NCBI GenBank assembly: GCA_032718475.1 | Contig: JAUCBJ010002610.1 | Coordinates: forward strand, 1 to 64,000 | Source: Nemertoderma westbladi | Lineage: Eukaryota > Animalia > Xenacoelomorpha | Length of the DNA stretch: 64,000 bases | Direction of reading: 5' to 3' | In this document: positions 1 to 11,800 of the stretch, in pieces | Layout: every line of letters starts with the position of its first letter | Numbering within the stretch: position 1 is the first letter of the stretch | Program-made: the position numbers and the translations under genes | The notes under the pieces: model-generated | Databases searched by the model: none | What the model was told of the DNA's origin: nothing | The model's input: the letters and a program-made list of their open reading frames with translations, nothing else

Positions 1-334
1 TCTGCTATTAGGCCTATGTTACAGTATTATTATTACCGGTGCCGGTCAGCCGGTAGGCCTACTGGGCTAATTACTGAATTAGGCCTAAACTATAATCACC
101 GCAAGGGTTGCATGATATGGCATGTCTGCAGTGTATGGTACCGGTTGACCAGTATTGCAGTATTGAATGATTGCAAGATTCTCGATTCAGGGATTGAGTA
201 CAGCCTGACAGTACCGGTACACATGGTACATGCAGAATTGCAAAATTTGTTAGAAACACAGCTGATTTATCCTACAGTAATAATAATTTAACGCATTTTA
301 AATTTGGATAAATAAATTTATTATAACTGCAATA

Positions 335-563
335 ACAGTTACACTGATGCTGCACGAAGGACCCACGCAAATTCTACTTGGAAAATTTTCAAACTTTTGC
401 CAAACAACATGTATACCAAGTTTGGATAGATTTCATCAAGGATTGGCCGAGTTATTAACGTTTAAAATAAAATACTGAAAAAAAACGCGACAGAACGACA
501 GAACGACAGGTTGATTAATGGTACCACTACGCTAAGGCTCACTCACTTCGTGGCTCGCCCCAC
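335..563 (-). mobile_element. Non-autonomous Helentron/HINE-like element (short copy)
   Basis: The minus strand begins TGTGGGGCGAGCCACGAAGT...GAGCCTTAGCG, as at 61945(+) and similar to 24078(+). It is followed by a (CTGTCGTT)n microsatellite and an imperfect terminal hairpin near 347-367. Confidence 0.55.
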
Positions 564-1790
564 AACCTTTTTAGCGGGATTTTCAATTCAATCTACAGCA
601 TTGTTGTTGATGGCATTATTGGTTGAAAATATTATTATCAATGGCTGAACGCGCTCTGTTAATATCGAAGTACTTTAACTTAGGCCGACAATACTACCGA
701 CATATTGTAGCAAATTATAATATCTTTAACATATTAATTTTATTGTAACTAAGTCAGTAAATAGCTGTATTATCTACGGTCAGCGCTGTTAGATAATAGT
801 GTCAGGTGTTGTTGCTGTGTTGCTAAGCAACATTCCCATCTCACTATTAATTGTATCGAAAAGCTGTAGTCGAACAGGGGGGAGGTGAGATAGATCCTAC
901 TATTTAGAGTATTGTACAATATTGTGACTCCGCCACAATATTCGATTTAAATAAATTACGTACCCGTATTTCACTTTCAGGCTCTCGTTTCATATTTCAC
1001 TCACTCGCTTACGCTCGTTCTTAATAAAATTAATTCGAATAAGTAATGCGTAACATCCCTAATGAAACCAGTGGGTGCATTGATGGATATTCCCGGAAAA
1101 TGATTTGGTTGAACGTGTATAACACCAACAATGACAGTAAAGTTATCGGGGGCTACTTCCTCGAAGCGATAACTGAGAACAAGGGTGATCCGCGGATTGT
1201 TCGTGGGGATTTTGGAACAGAAAATGTTCGCGTTCGAGATTTTCAGAAGTTCATCCGTAGAGATCACACTGACAATATGCAACAGACCTGTTACATCGAT
1301 GGCGCAAGCACAGCTTAGGATAATTTCATTATTTAGTTTTAAAGCAGATGAAATCTGTCCATATGTTAGGCCTAAGTTAAAGTACGTCGATATTAAAAGA
1401 GTGCGTTCAGCCATTGATAATAATATTTTCAACCAATAATGCCATCAACAAATGCTGTAGATTGAATTGAAAATCCCGCTAAAAAGGTTGTACTTTTATT
1501 ACCAGTATTATTTAGCCAATCAAAGTAAAGTTAGTAAGTCGTTCGCACGACTTAGTAAGTCGTTCGCACGACTTAGTATGTCGTTCGCACGACTTAGTAA
1601 GTCGTTCGCACGACTTACTAAGTCGTTCGCACGAGTTAGTTAAGTCGTTCGCATGACTTAGTAAGTCGTTCGCACGACTTAGTAAGTCGTTCGCACGACT
1701 TAGTATGTCGTTCGCACGACTTAGTAAGTCGTTCGCACGACTTAGTAAGTCGTTCGCACGACTTACTAAGTCGTTCGCACGACTTAGCCT
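562..1790. mobile_element. Rearranged remnant of an IS3EU-like (IS3/IS481-type DDE integrase) DNA transposon
   Basis: Plus-strand fragment ~1073-1315 reads GCIDGYSRKMIWLNV...RIVRGDFGTENV...YIDGASTA (integrase core). Minus-strand MAERTLLISTYFNLGLTYGQISSALKLNNEIILS resembles the N-terminus of this transposase family. A ~125 bp inverted repeat lies at 562-686 / 1369-1491. Confidence 0.7.
1531..1787. repeat. 21-bp tandem repeat (TTAGTAAGTCGTTCGCACGAC), ~12 copies
   Basis: Directly visible; lies just upstream of the minus-strand transposase start. Confidence 0.97.
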
Positions 1791-2851
1791 CTTTGTTTTG
1801 TACAGAACGGGCACACTAGCAGTAACGTCTTGGGGCTTTGGTCTTTGTTTTGTACTCAACCCTTCACGACATTGTAGTCTCATGGGCTCATGGCTAGATA
1901 CTGGTTTGTGTAGGCCTGGTGCACAGCCAATTACTTTCCTTATTATCGGTTTTGGTATTCGCATATATTGACTACATATCATGGCAGTGGAGACTTGGCA
2001 GGCAATAAGGACGTAAATTGCGGACTCGTTTCTGTGCGGGGGGCGGTTTGTGGGAGCTGTGTCTGACGTCGTTACAATATAATGCAAGCCAATATTTTGT
2101 ATTTTATGTGCAAGTTTTTTTTACAAGCTTTTAAGAATTAAAAGCGCATAAACGCATAATAAGAGCATAAAAATTTAAAAATTGTAATAAATACTTTGAA
2201 CCACAAATAAAAAAATAAATTAAAATTTGCGCTGCACCGGGCACCCTGTCCCTTCCATTAATAGAGAATAGAGCACACGATAACATATTCAATCAAAATA
2301 AACTCTAAATTGGAATAAAAGCAAGTGGCGGAACCAAATTGGGTACCTCCCCGGTGCAGTAAATGGAATGTAAATCAATTGTGGGCAATCGTTGGCCAAG
2401 TGAGTGACAACCCGTCAGAAACGAAAGGGAAGATAAATATGGTGAATCTGAGCCGTGACCCGTTGCAGAACCACCCGTCCATTCCGATTGGAGCTGGGGG
2501 CTAACAGCGGAAACCACTCCATATGCTATTGAATTACCAATAGTGTCAGTATGACTATCCGACTAGCTATACGTCAGCCATCCCCCGGGCGGCAAGCAAC
2601 CCCAGGTGATTTGGTTAAATAAATCTGTGATTAGATCGGCCCGATCGGTCCGACAGGTTGCGTCGACAGGCATTCCCAATCCCAATGTAATGCTTATCTA
2701 GGATTTGTGTTGGGGTTACGTGCTGTAATTTAATTTACAGCTACTTTACCTAAAATTGTGCAAAAATGGTAACTAATCCACCAGTACGTTAAGTTTTCCG
2801 CCTCAAACGCAAATTTTAATTAAGAAGAATTGGCGTCCGGAAGGTCGTCCG

Positions 2852-5800
2852 GACGGGCGGACGGATGACGCAGGTGAGTTAGGTCTCGGCCGGCTTCCAG
2901 ACGGGCGAATGGGGGGCACAGGTGAGGTAGGTCTCGGCTTCCAGACGGGCGAATGGGGGGCACAGGTGAGGTAGGTCTCGGCGTCCAGACGGGCGGATGG
3001 GGGGCACAGGTGAGGTAGGTATCGGTCGGTGTTCAGACGGGCGGATGGGGGGCACAGGTGAGGTAGGTCTCGGTCGGCGTCCAGACGGGCGGATGGGGGG
3101 CACAGCTGAGGTAGGTCTCGGCGTCCAGACGGGCGGATGGGGGGCACAGAGGTGAGGTAGGTCACGGCCGGCGTCCACACGGGCGGATGGGGGGAACAGG
3201 TGAGGTAGGTCTCGGCGTCCAGACGGGCGGAAGGGGGGCACAGGTGAGGTAGGTATCGGCGTCCAGATGGGCGGATGGGGGTCACCGGTGAGGTAGGTAT
3301 CGGTCGGTGTTCAGACGGGCGGATGGGGGGCACAGGTGAGGTAGGTCTCGGTCGGCGTCCAGACGGGCGGATGGGGGGCACAGCTGAGGTAGGTCTCGGC
3401 GTCCAGACGGGCGGATGGGGGGCACAGAGGTGAGGTAGGTCACGGCCGGCGTCCACACGGGCGGATGGGGGGAACAGGTGAGGTAGGTCTCGGCGTCCAG
3501 ACGGGCGGATGGGGGGCACAGGTGAGGTAGGTCTCGGCCGGCGTCCAGACGGGCGGATGGGGGGCACAGGTGAGTTAGGTCACGGCCGGCGTCCAGACGG
3601 GCGGATGGGGGGCACAGGTGAGGTAGGTCTCGGCGTCCAGACGGGCGGATGGGGGGCACAGGTGAGTTAGGTCACGGCCGGCGTCCAGACGGGCGGATGG
3701 GGGGCACAGGTGAGGTAGGTCTCGGCGTCCAGACGGGCGGATGGGGGGCACAGAGGTGAGGTAGGTCACGGCCGGCGTCCAGACGGGCGGATGGGGGGCA
3801 CAGGTGAGGTAGGTCTCGGCGTCCAGATGGGCGGATGGGGGGCACAGGTGAGGTAGGTCTCGGCGTCCAGATGGGCGGATGGGGGGCACAGGTGAGGTAG
3901 GTCTCGGCGTCCAGACGGGCGGATGGGGGGCACAGGTGAGGTAGGTCTCGGCGTCCAGATGGGCGGATGGGGGGCACAGGTGAGGTAGGTCTCGGCGTCC
4001 AGACGGGCGGATGGGGGGCACAGAGGTGAGGTAGGTCACGGCCGGCGTCCAGACGGGCGGATGGGGGGCTCAGGTGAGGTAGGTATCGGCGTCCAGATGG
4101 GCGGATGGGGGGCACAGGTGAGGTAGGTCTCGGCGTCCAGACGGGCGGATGGGGGGCACAGCTGAGGTAGGTCTCAGCGTCCAGATGGGCGGATGGGGGG
4201 CACAGGTGAGGTAGGTCTCGGCGTCCAGATGGGCGGATGGGGGGCACAGATGAGGTAGGTCTCGGCGTCCAGACGGGCGGATGGGGGGCACAGGTGAGGT
4301 AGGTCTCGGCGTCCAGATGGGCGGATGGGGGGCACAGGTGAGGTAGGTCTCGGTCGGCGTCCAGACGGGCGGATGGGGGGCACAGGTGAGGTAGGTCTCG
4401 GCGTCCAGACGGGCGGATGGGGGGCACAGAGGTGAGGTAGGTCACGGCCGGCGTCCACACGGGCGGATGGGGGGCACAGGTGAGGTAGGTCTCGGCGTCC
4501 AGATGGGCGGATGGGGGGCACAGGTGAGGTAGGTCTCGGCGTCCAGATGGGCGGATGGGGGGCACAGGTGAGGTAGGTCGAGGCGTCCAGATGGGCGGAT
4601 GGGGGGCACAGGTGAGGTAGGTCTCGGCGTCCAGATGGGCGGATGGGGGGCACAGGTGAGGTAGGTCTCGGTCGGCGTCCAGACGGGCGGATGGGGGGCA
4701 CAGGTGAGGTAGGTCTCAGCGTCCAGATGGGCGGATGGGGGGCACAGGTGAGGTAGGTCTCGGCGTCCAGATGGGCGGATGGGGGGCACAGGTGAGGTAG
4801 GTCTCGGCGTCCAGACGGGCGGAAGGGGGGCACAGGTGAGGTAGGTATCGGCGTCCAGATGGGCGGATGGGGGTCACCGGTGAGGTAGGTATCGGTCGGT
4901 GTTCAGACGGGCGGATGGGGGGCACAGGTGAGGTAGGTCTCGGTCGGCGTCCAGACGGGCGGATGGGGGGCACAGCTGAGGTAGGTCTCGGCGTCCAGAC
5001 GGGCGGATGGGGGGCACAGAGGTGAGGTAGGTCACGGCCGGCGTCCACACGGGCGGATGGGGGGAACAGGTGAGGTAGGTCTCGGCGTCCAGACGGGCGG
5101 ATGGGGGGCACAGGTGAGGTAGGTCTCGGCCGGCGTCCAGACGGGCGGATGGGGGGCACAGGTGAGTTAGGTCACGGCCGGCGTCCAGACGGGCGGATGG
5201 GGGGCACAGGTGAGGTAGGTCTCGGCGTCCAGACGGGCGGATGGGGGGCACAGGTGAGTTAGGTCACGGCCGGCGTCCAGACGGGCGGATGGGGGGCACA
5301 GGTGAGGTAGGTCTCGGCGTCCAGACGGGCGGATGGGGGGCACAGAGGTGAGGTAGGTCACGGCCGGCGTCCAGACGGGCGGATGGGGGGCACAGGTGAG
5401 GTAGGTCTCGGCGTCCAGATGGGCGGATGGGGGGCACAGGTGAGGTAGGTCTCGGCGTCCAGATGGGCGGATGGGGGGCACAGGTGAGGTAGGTCTCGGC
5501 GTCCAGACGGGCGGATGGGGGGCACAGGTGAGGTAGGTCTCGGCGTCCAGATGGGCGGATGGGGGGCACAGGTGAGGTAGGTCTCGGCGTCCAGACGGGC
5601 GGATGGGGGGCACAGAGGTGAGGTAGGTCACGGCCGGCGTCCAGACGGGCGGATGGGGGGCTCAGGTGAGGTAGGTATCGGCGTCCAGATGGGCGGATGG
5701 GGGGCACAGGTGAGGTAGGTCTCGGCGTCCAGACGGGCGGATGGGGGGCACAGCTGAGGTAGGTCTCAGCGTCCAGATGGGCGGATGGGGGGCACAGGTG

Positions 5801-8562
5801 AGGTAGGTCTCGGCGTCCAGATGGGCGGATGGGGGGCACAGATGAGGTAGGTCTCGGCGTCCAGACGGGCGGATGGGGGGCACAGGTGAGGTAGGTCTCG
5901 GCGTCCAGATGGGCGGATGGGGGGCACAGGTGAGGTAGGTCTCGGTCGGCGTCCAGACGGGCGGATGGGGGGCACAGGTGAGGTAGGTCTCGGCGTCCAG
6001 ACGGGCGGATGGGGGGCACAGAGGTGAGGTAGGTCACGGCCGGCGTCCACACGGGCGGATGGGGGGCACAGGTGAGGTAGATCTCGGCGTCCAGATGGGC
6101 GGATGGGGGGCACAGGTGAGGTAGGTCTCGGCGTCCAGATGGGCGGATGGGGGGCACAGGTGAGGTAGGTCGAGGCGTCCAGATGGGCGGATGGGGGGCA
6201 CAGGTGAGGTAGGTCTCGGCGTCCAGATGGGCGGATGGGGGGCACAGGTGAGGTAGGTCTCGGTCGGCGTCCAGACGGGCGGATGGGGGGCACAGGTGAG
6301 GTAGGTCTCAGCGTCCAGATGGGCGGATGGGGGGCACAGGTGAGGTAGGTCTCGGCGTCCAGATGGGCGGATGGGGGGCACAGGTGAGGTAGGTCTCGGC
6401 GTCCAGACGGGCGGATGGGGGGCACAGGTGAGGTAGGTCTCGGCGTCCAGACGGGCGGATGGGGGGCACAGAGGTGAGGTAGGTCACGGCCGGCGTCCAG
6501 ACGGGCGGATGGGGGGCACAGGTGAGGTAGGTATCGGCGTCCAGATGGGCGGATGGGGGGCACAGGTGAGGTAGGTCTCGGCGTCCAGATGGGCGGATGG
6601 GGGGCACAGGTGAGGTAGGTATCGGCGTCCAGATGGGCGGATGGGGGGCACAGGTGAGGTAGGTCTCGGCGTCCAGACGGGCGGATGGGGGGCACAGGTG
6701 AGGTAGGTCTCAGCGTCCAGATGGGCGGATGGGGGGCACAGGTGAGGTAGGTATCGGCGTCCAGATGGGCGGATGGGGGGCACAGGTGAGGTAGGTCTCG
6801 GCGTCCAGACGGGCGGATGGGGGGCACAGGTGAGGTAGGTATCGGCGTCCAGATGGGCGGATGTGGGGCACAGGTGAGGTAGGTCTCGGCGTCCAGATGG
6901 GCGGATGGGGGGCACAGGTGAGGTAGGTCCCGGCGTCCAGACGGGCGGATGGGGGGCACAGGTGAGGTAGGTCTCAGCGTCCAGACGGGCGGATGGGGGG
7001 CACAGGTGAGGTAGGTATCGGCGTCCAGATGGGCGGATGGGGGGCACAGGTGAGGTAGGTCTCGGCGTCCAGACGGGCGGATGGGGGGCACAGGTGAGGT
7101 AGGTCTCAGCGTCCAGATGGGCGGATGGGGGGCACAGGTGAGGTAGGTCTCGGCGTCCAGACGGGCGGATGGGGGGCACAGGTGAGGTAGGTCTCGGCGT
7201 CCAGATGGGCGGATGGGGGCACAGGTGAGGTAGGTCTCGGCGTCCAGACGGGCGGATGGGGGGCACAGGTGAGGTAGGTCTCGGCGTCCAGACGGGCGGA
7301 TGGGGGGCACAGAGGTGAGGTAGGTCACGGCCGGCGTCCAGACGGGCGGATGGGGGGCACAGGTGAGGTAGGTCTCGGCGTCCAGATGAGCGGATGGGGG
7401 GCTCAGGTGAGGTAGGTATCGGCGTCCAGACGGGCGGATGGGGGGCACAGGTGAGGTAGGTCTCAGCGTCCAGATGGGCGGATGGGGGGCACAGGTGAGG
7501 TAGGTCTCGGCGTCCAGATGGGCGGATGGGGGGCACAGATGAGGTAGGTCTCGGCGTCCAGACGGGCGGATGGGGGGCACAGGTGAGGTAGGTCTCGGTC
7601 GGCGTCCAGACGGGCGGATGGGGGGCACAGGTGAGGTAGGTCTCGGTCGGCGTCCAGACGGGCGGATGGGGGGCACAGGTGAGGTAGGTCTCGGCGTCCA
7701 GACGGGCGGATGGGGGGCACAGAGGTGAGGTAGGTCACGGCCGGCGTCCAGACGGGCGGATGGGGGCACAGGTGAGGTAGGTCTAGGCGTCCAGATGGGC
7801 GGATGGGGGGCACAGGTGAGGTAGATCTCGGTCGTGTCCAGACGGGCGGATGGGGGGCACAGGTGAAGGTAGGTCTCAGCGTCCAGATGGGCGGATGGGG
7901 GGCACAGGTGAGGTAGGTCTCGGCGTCCAGATGGGCGGATGGGGGGCACAGGTGAGGTAGGTCTCGGCGTCCAGACGGGCGGATGGGGGGCACAGGTGAG
8001 GTAGGTCTCGGCGTCCAGATGGGCGGATGGGGGGCACAGGTGAGGTAGGTCTCGGTCGGCGTCCAGACGGGCGGATGGGGGGCACAGGTGAGGTAGGTTT
8101 CGGCGTCCAGACGGGCGGATGGGGGGCACAGAGGTGAGGTAGGTCACGGCCGGCGTCCAGACGGGCGGATGGGGGGCACAGGTGAGGTAGGTCTCGGTCG
8201 GCGTCCAGACGGGCGGATGGGGGGCACAGGTGAGGTAGGTCTCGGCGTCCAGACGGGCGGATGGGGGGCACAGAGGTGAGGTAGGTCACGGCCGGCGTCC
8301 AGACGGGCGGAAGGGGGGCACAGGTGAGGTAGGTCTCGGCGTCCAGATGGGCGGATGGGGGGCACAGGTGAGGTAGGTCTCGGCGTCCAGATGGGCGGAT
8401 GGGGGGCACAGGTGAGGTAGGTCTCGGCGTCCAGACGGGCGGATGGGGGGCACATAGGTGAGGTAGGTCTCGGCGTCCAGACGGGCGGATGGGGGGCACA
8501 GAGGTGAGGCAGGTCTCGGCGTCCAGACGGGCGGATGGGGGGCACAGAGGTGAGGTAGGTCT
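2852..8562. repeat. GC-rich minisatellite, 44-bp unit (GGCGTCCAGAYGGGCGGATGGGGGGCACAGGTGAGGTAGGTCTC) with 46/48/50-bp variants, roughly 125 copies
   Basis: Directly visible; the many ORFs called here are repeat translations. Confidence 0.98.
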
Positions 8563-8804
8563 CCTACAGATATGTATAAAACCCACGGTGGGATTGATTC
8601 ATTACTGACAGCCACAGTTTTATGAAATTTTTTTGCAAACAAATTGTACCATAAAACAAGACTGCTAAAATGTCTACGTTTCATATATTATGGAAGTTTT
8701 GGCGGATGGGGGGGGGGGGGGGGGGGGGGGTGACCTGGTATATATAGTTTTCAGTGATAGAAAGAAATTATAATTAATAAATAAATATTTATTTAGATTC
8801 TAAC

Positions 8805-8872
8805 CTGCCGTATCTCATATGCGCTGACTCTAACCCCAGAAGTTCCCCAGGTACGGCAATGCTTTTAACGCC
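8805..8872 (-). CDS. GGT: GGT coding exon 5 (GVKSIAVPGELLGLESAHMRYG)
   Basis: Acceptor TTTATTTTTAG, donor GGCAG|GTTAG; 68 nt. Not in the ORF track. Confidence 0.92.
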
Positions 8873-11800
8873 CTAAAAATAAAATTACATATAAATATAT
8901 TAGGTCAGATTACTTTACATACTTTTGTATAAAGATGAACACTTTACACGACTGAGACACTGGGAGGCTATATCCACTAATCAAAGTAGCAACTAAGAAT
9001 AAAAGAGGATAAAATAGTGGATTCCCAATTGGTGCCCGTCAAAAAAAATTTCCGTTGAGAACAAAACTAGGTACGTGGCTGCTGGGAATCGCTTGCTGAC
9101 GGCTCGCAGTCTTGACTCGTCTTACGGCCTACACACTATGTCTTACTGGACCAGCGCATTAATGTAATGAATGATTGATGAATACAGGTGGACGAACAAA
9201 GTTGATAACGACAGCACACAGAATTAGAATGGTAAGTGGTAACCAATCGGTTAATAATATGTCAATTAAAGTGAGATTATATCATTAAACCTGTAATCCC
9301 AAGTTGGTAGTTAACTATATTGACAGGCACTCAAATGAAATTATAATAAATAATAATATGTAAAAAGCTTAACTCCCTTGGGAGAAGATATTAATATGTT
9401 TGGCTCGAGGTAAATACTAGTAGTACGTAGTAGAAACTGCTTCAAATGACTCTCATAATTTTACAATCCAGAGATACGACATAAAAGAATAGAAACTAAT
9501 GAAGTAAAACTGTATAGTATCCTACGTTAGTTACAATTGATACACAAAAAACAAACTTTAAAGATCAAAATATCGCGCTATTTTGAAACAAAACTTTCCA
9601 CAACTTCGGGCAACACTGTTGATGGAAATTAGGTCACATCAACAAACATTGCTACAGTTAGGCTACGGAAGCATGGTGAAGTTTCACAATAAATTAGTTT
9701 CAGTAAACAGGAAGGGTCCCTTGATACAACCTACTTGAATTATTTTACAACAGATGAAATTGAATTAATTAGTTACTGCAGTAGCTATTTAGCATAAAAT
9801 CGAGGGGCCGTAAGAAGAGGTTGTGTTGCAAATGTTCGATAAAATGTGTGGCAGAAAGGAACGTAATATATTATTCATTTACAGACTTTATTTCCAAACT
9901 TACTTTACCCTCGTATAAATACGAGATGGTTGTGTGGATGAAATAGTAAGTCGTGTGTACGAGATAGTAAGTCGTGATAGTAAGTCGTGTACACTAGATA
10001 GTAAGTCGTGTACACTAGATAGTAAGTCGTGATAGTAAGTCGTGTACACTAGATAGTAAGTCGTGTACACTAGATAGTAAGTCGTGTACACTAGATAGTA
10101 AGTCGTGATAGTAAGTCGTGTACACTTAGATAATAAGTCGTGTACACTAGATAGTAAGTCGTGTACACTAGATAGTAAGTCGTGTACACTAGATAGTAAG
10201 TCGTGTGTACGAGATAGTAAGTCGTGTACACTAGATAGTAAGTCGTGTACAATAGATAGTAAGTCGTGATAGTAAGTCGTGTACACTAGATAGTAAGTCG
10301 TGTACACTAGATAGTAAGTCGTGTGTACGAGATAGTAAGTCGTGTACACTAGATAGTAAGTCGTGTACAATAGATAGTAAGTCGTGATAGTAAGTCGTGT
10401 ACACTAGATAATAAGTCGTGTACCCTAGATAGTAAGTCGTGATAGTAAGTCGTGTACCTTAGATAATAAGTCGTGTACCCTAGATAGTAAGTCGTGATAG
10501 TAAGTCGTGTACCTTAGATAATAAGTCGTGTACACTAGATAGTAAGTCGTGTACACTAGATAGTAAGTCGTGTGTACGAGATAGTAAGTCGTGTACACTA
10601 GATAGTAAGTCTTGTACAATAGATAGTAAGTCGTGATAGTAAGTCGTGTACACTAGATAGTAAGTCGTGAACACTAGATAGTAAGTCGTGATAGTAAGTC
10701 GTGTACACTAGATAATAAGTCGTGTACCCTAGATAGTAAGTCGTGATAGTAAGTCGTGTACACTAGATAGTAAGTCGTGATAGTAAGTCGTGTACACTAG
10801 ATAATAAGTCGGTGTACACTAGATAATAAGTCGTGTACACTAGATAGTAAGTCGTGATAGTAAGTCGTGTACACTAGATAATAAGTCGTGTACACTAGAT
10901 AGTAAGTCGTGATAGTAAGTCGTGTACACTAGATAGTAAGTCGTGTACACTAGATAGTAAGTCGTGTACAATAGATAGTAAGTCGTGATAGTAAGTCGTG
11001 TACACTAGATAGTAAGTCGTGTACACTAGATAGTAAGTCGTGTGTACGAGATAGTAAGTCGTGTACACTAGATAGTAAGTCGTGTACAATAGATAGTAAG
11101 TCGTGATAGTAAGTCGTGTACACTAGATAGTAAGTCGTGTACACTAGATAGTAAGTCGTGTGTACGAGATAGTAAGTCGTGTACACTAGATAGTAAGTCG
11201 TGTACAATAGATAGTAAGTCGTGATAGTAAGTCGTGTACACTAGATAATAAGTCGTGTACCCTAGATAGTAAGTCGTGATAGTAAGTCGTGTACCTTAGA
11301 TAATAAGTCGTGTACCCTAGATAGTAAGTCGTGATAGTAAGTCGTGTACCTTAGATAATAAGTCGTGTACACTAGATAGTAAGTCGTGTACACTAGATAG
11401 TAAGTCGTGTGTACGAGATAGTAAGTCGTGTACACTAGATAGTAAGTCTTGTACAATAGATAGTAAGTCGTGATAGTAAGTCGTGTACACTAGATAGTAA
11501 GTCGTGAACACTAGATAGTAAGTCGTGATAGTAAGTCGTGTACACTAGATAATAAGTCGTGTACCCTAGATAGTAAGTCGTGATAGTAAGTCGTGTACAC
11601 TAGATAGTAAGTCGTGATAGTAAGTCGTGTACACTAGATAATAAGTCGTGTACCCTAGATAGTAAGTCGTGATAGTAAGTCGTGTACACTAGATAGTAAG
11701 TCGTGATAGTAAGTCGTGTACACTAGATAATAAGTCGTGTACACTAGATAGTAAGTCGTGATAGTAAGTCGTGTACACTAGATAATAAGTCGTGTACCCT

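Noticed and set aside
1-2800. Search for GGT exon 6 (expected LxWxxLxxPAIxLA)
   Set aside because: No matching minus-strand segment was found by eye; it probably lies beyond the window's left edge.
2803-8684. Many long Pro/Arg-rich ORFs (up to 793 aa)
   Set aside because: They are translations of the stop-poor 44-bp minisatellite in all three minus frames, with no domain content.
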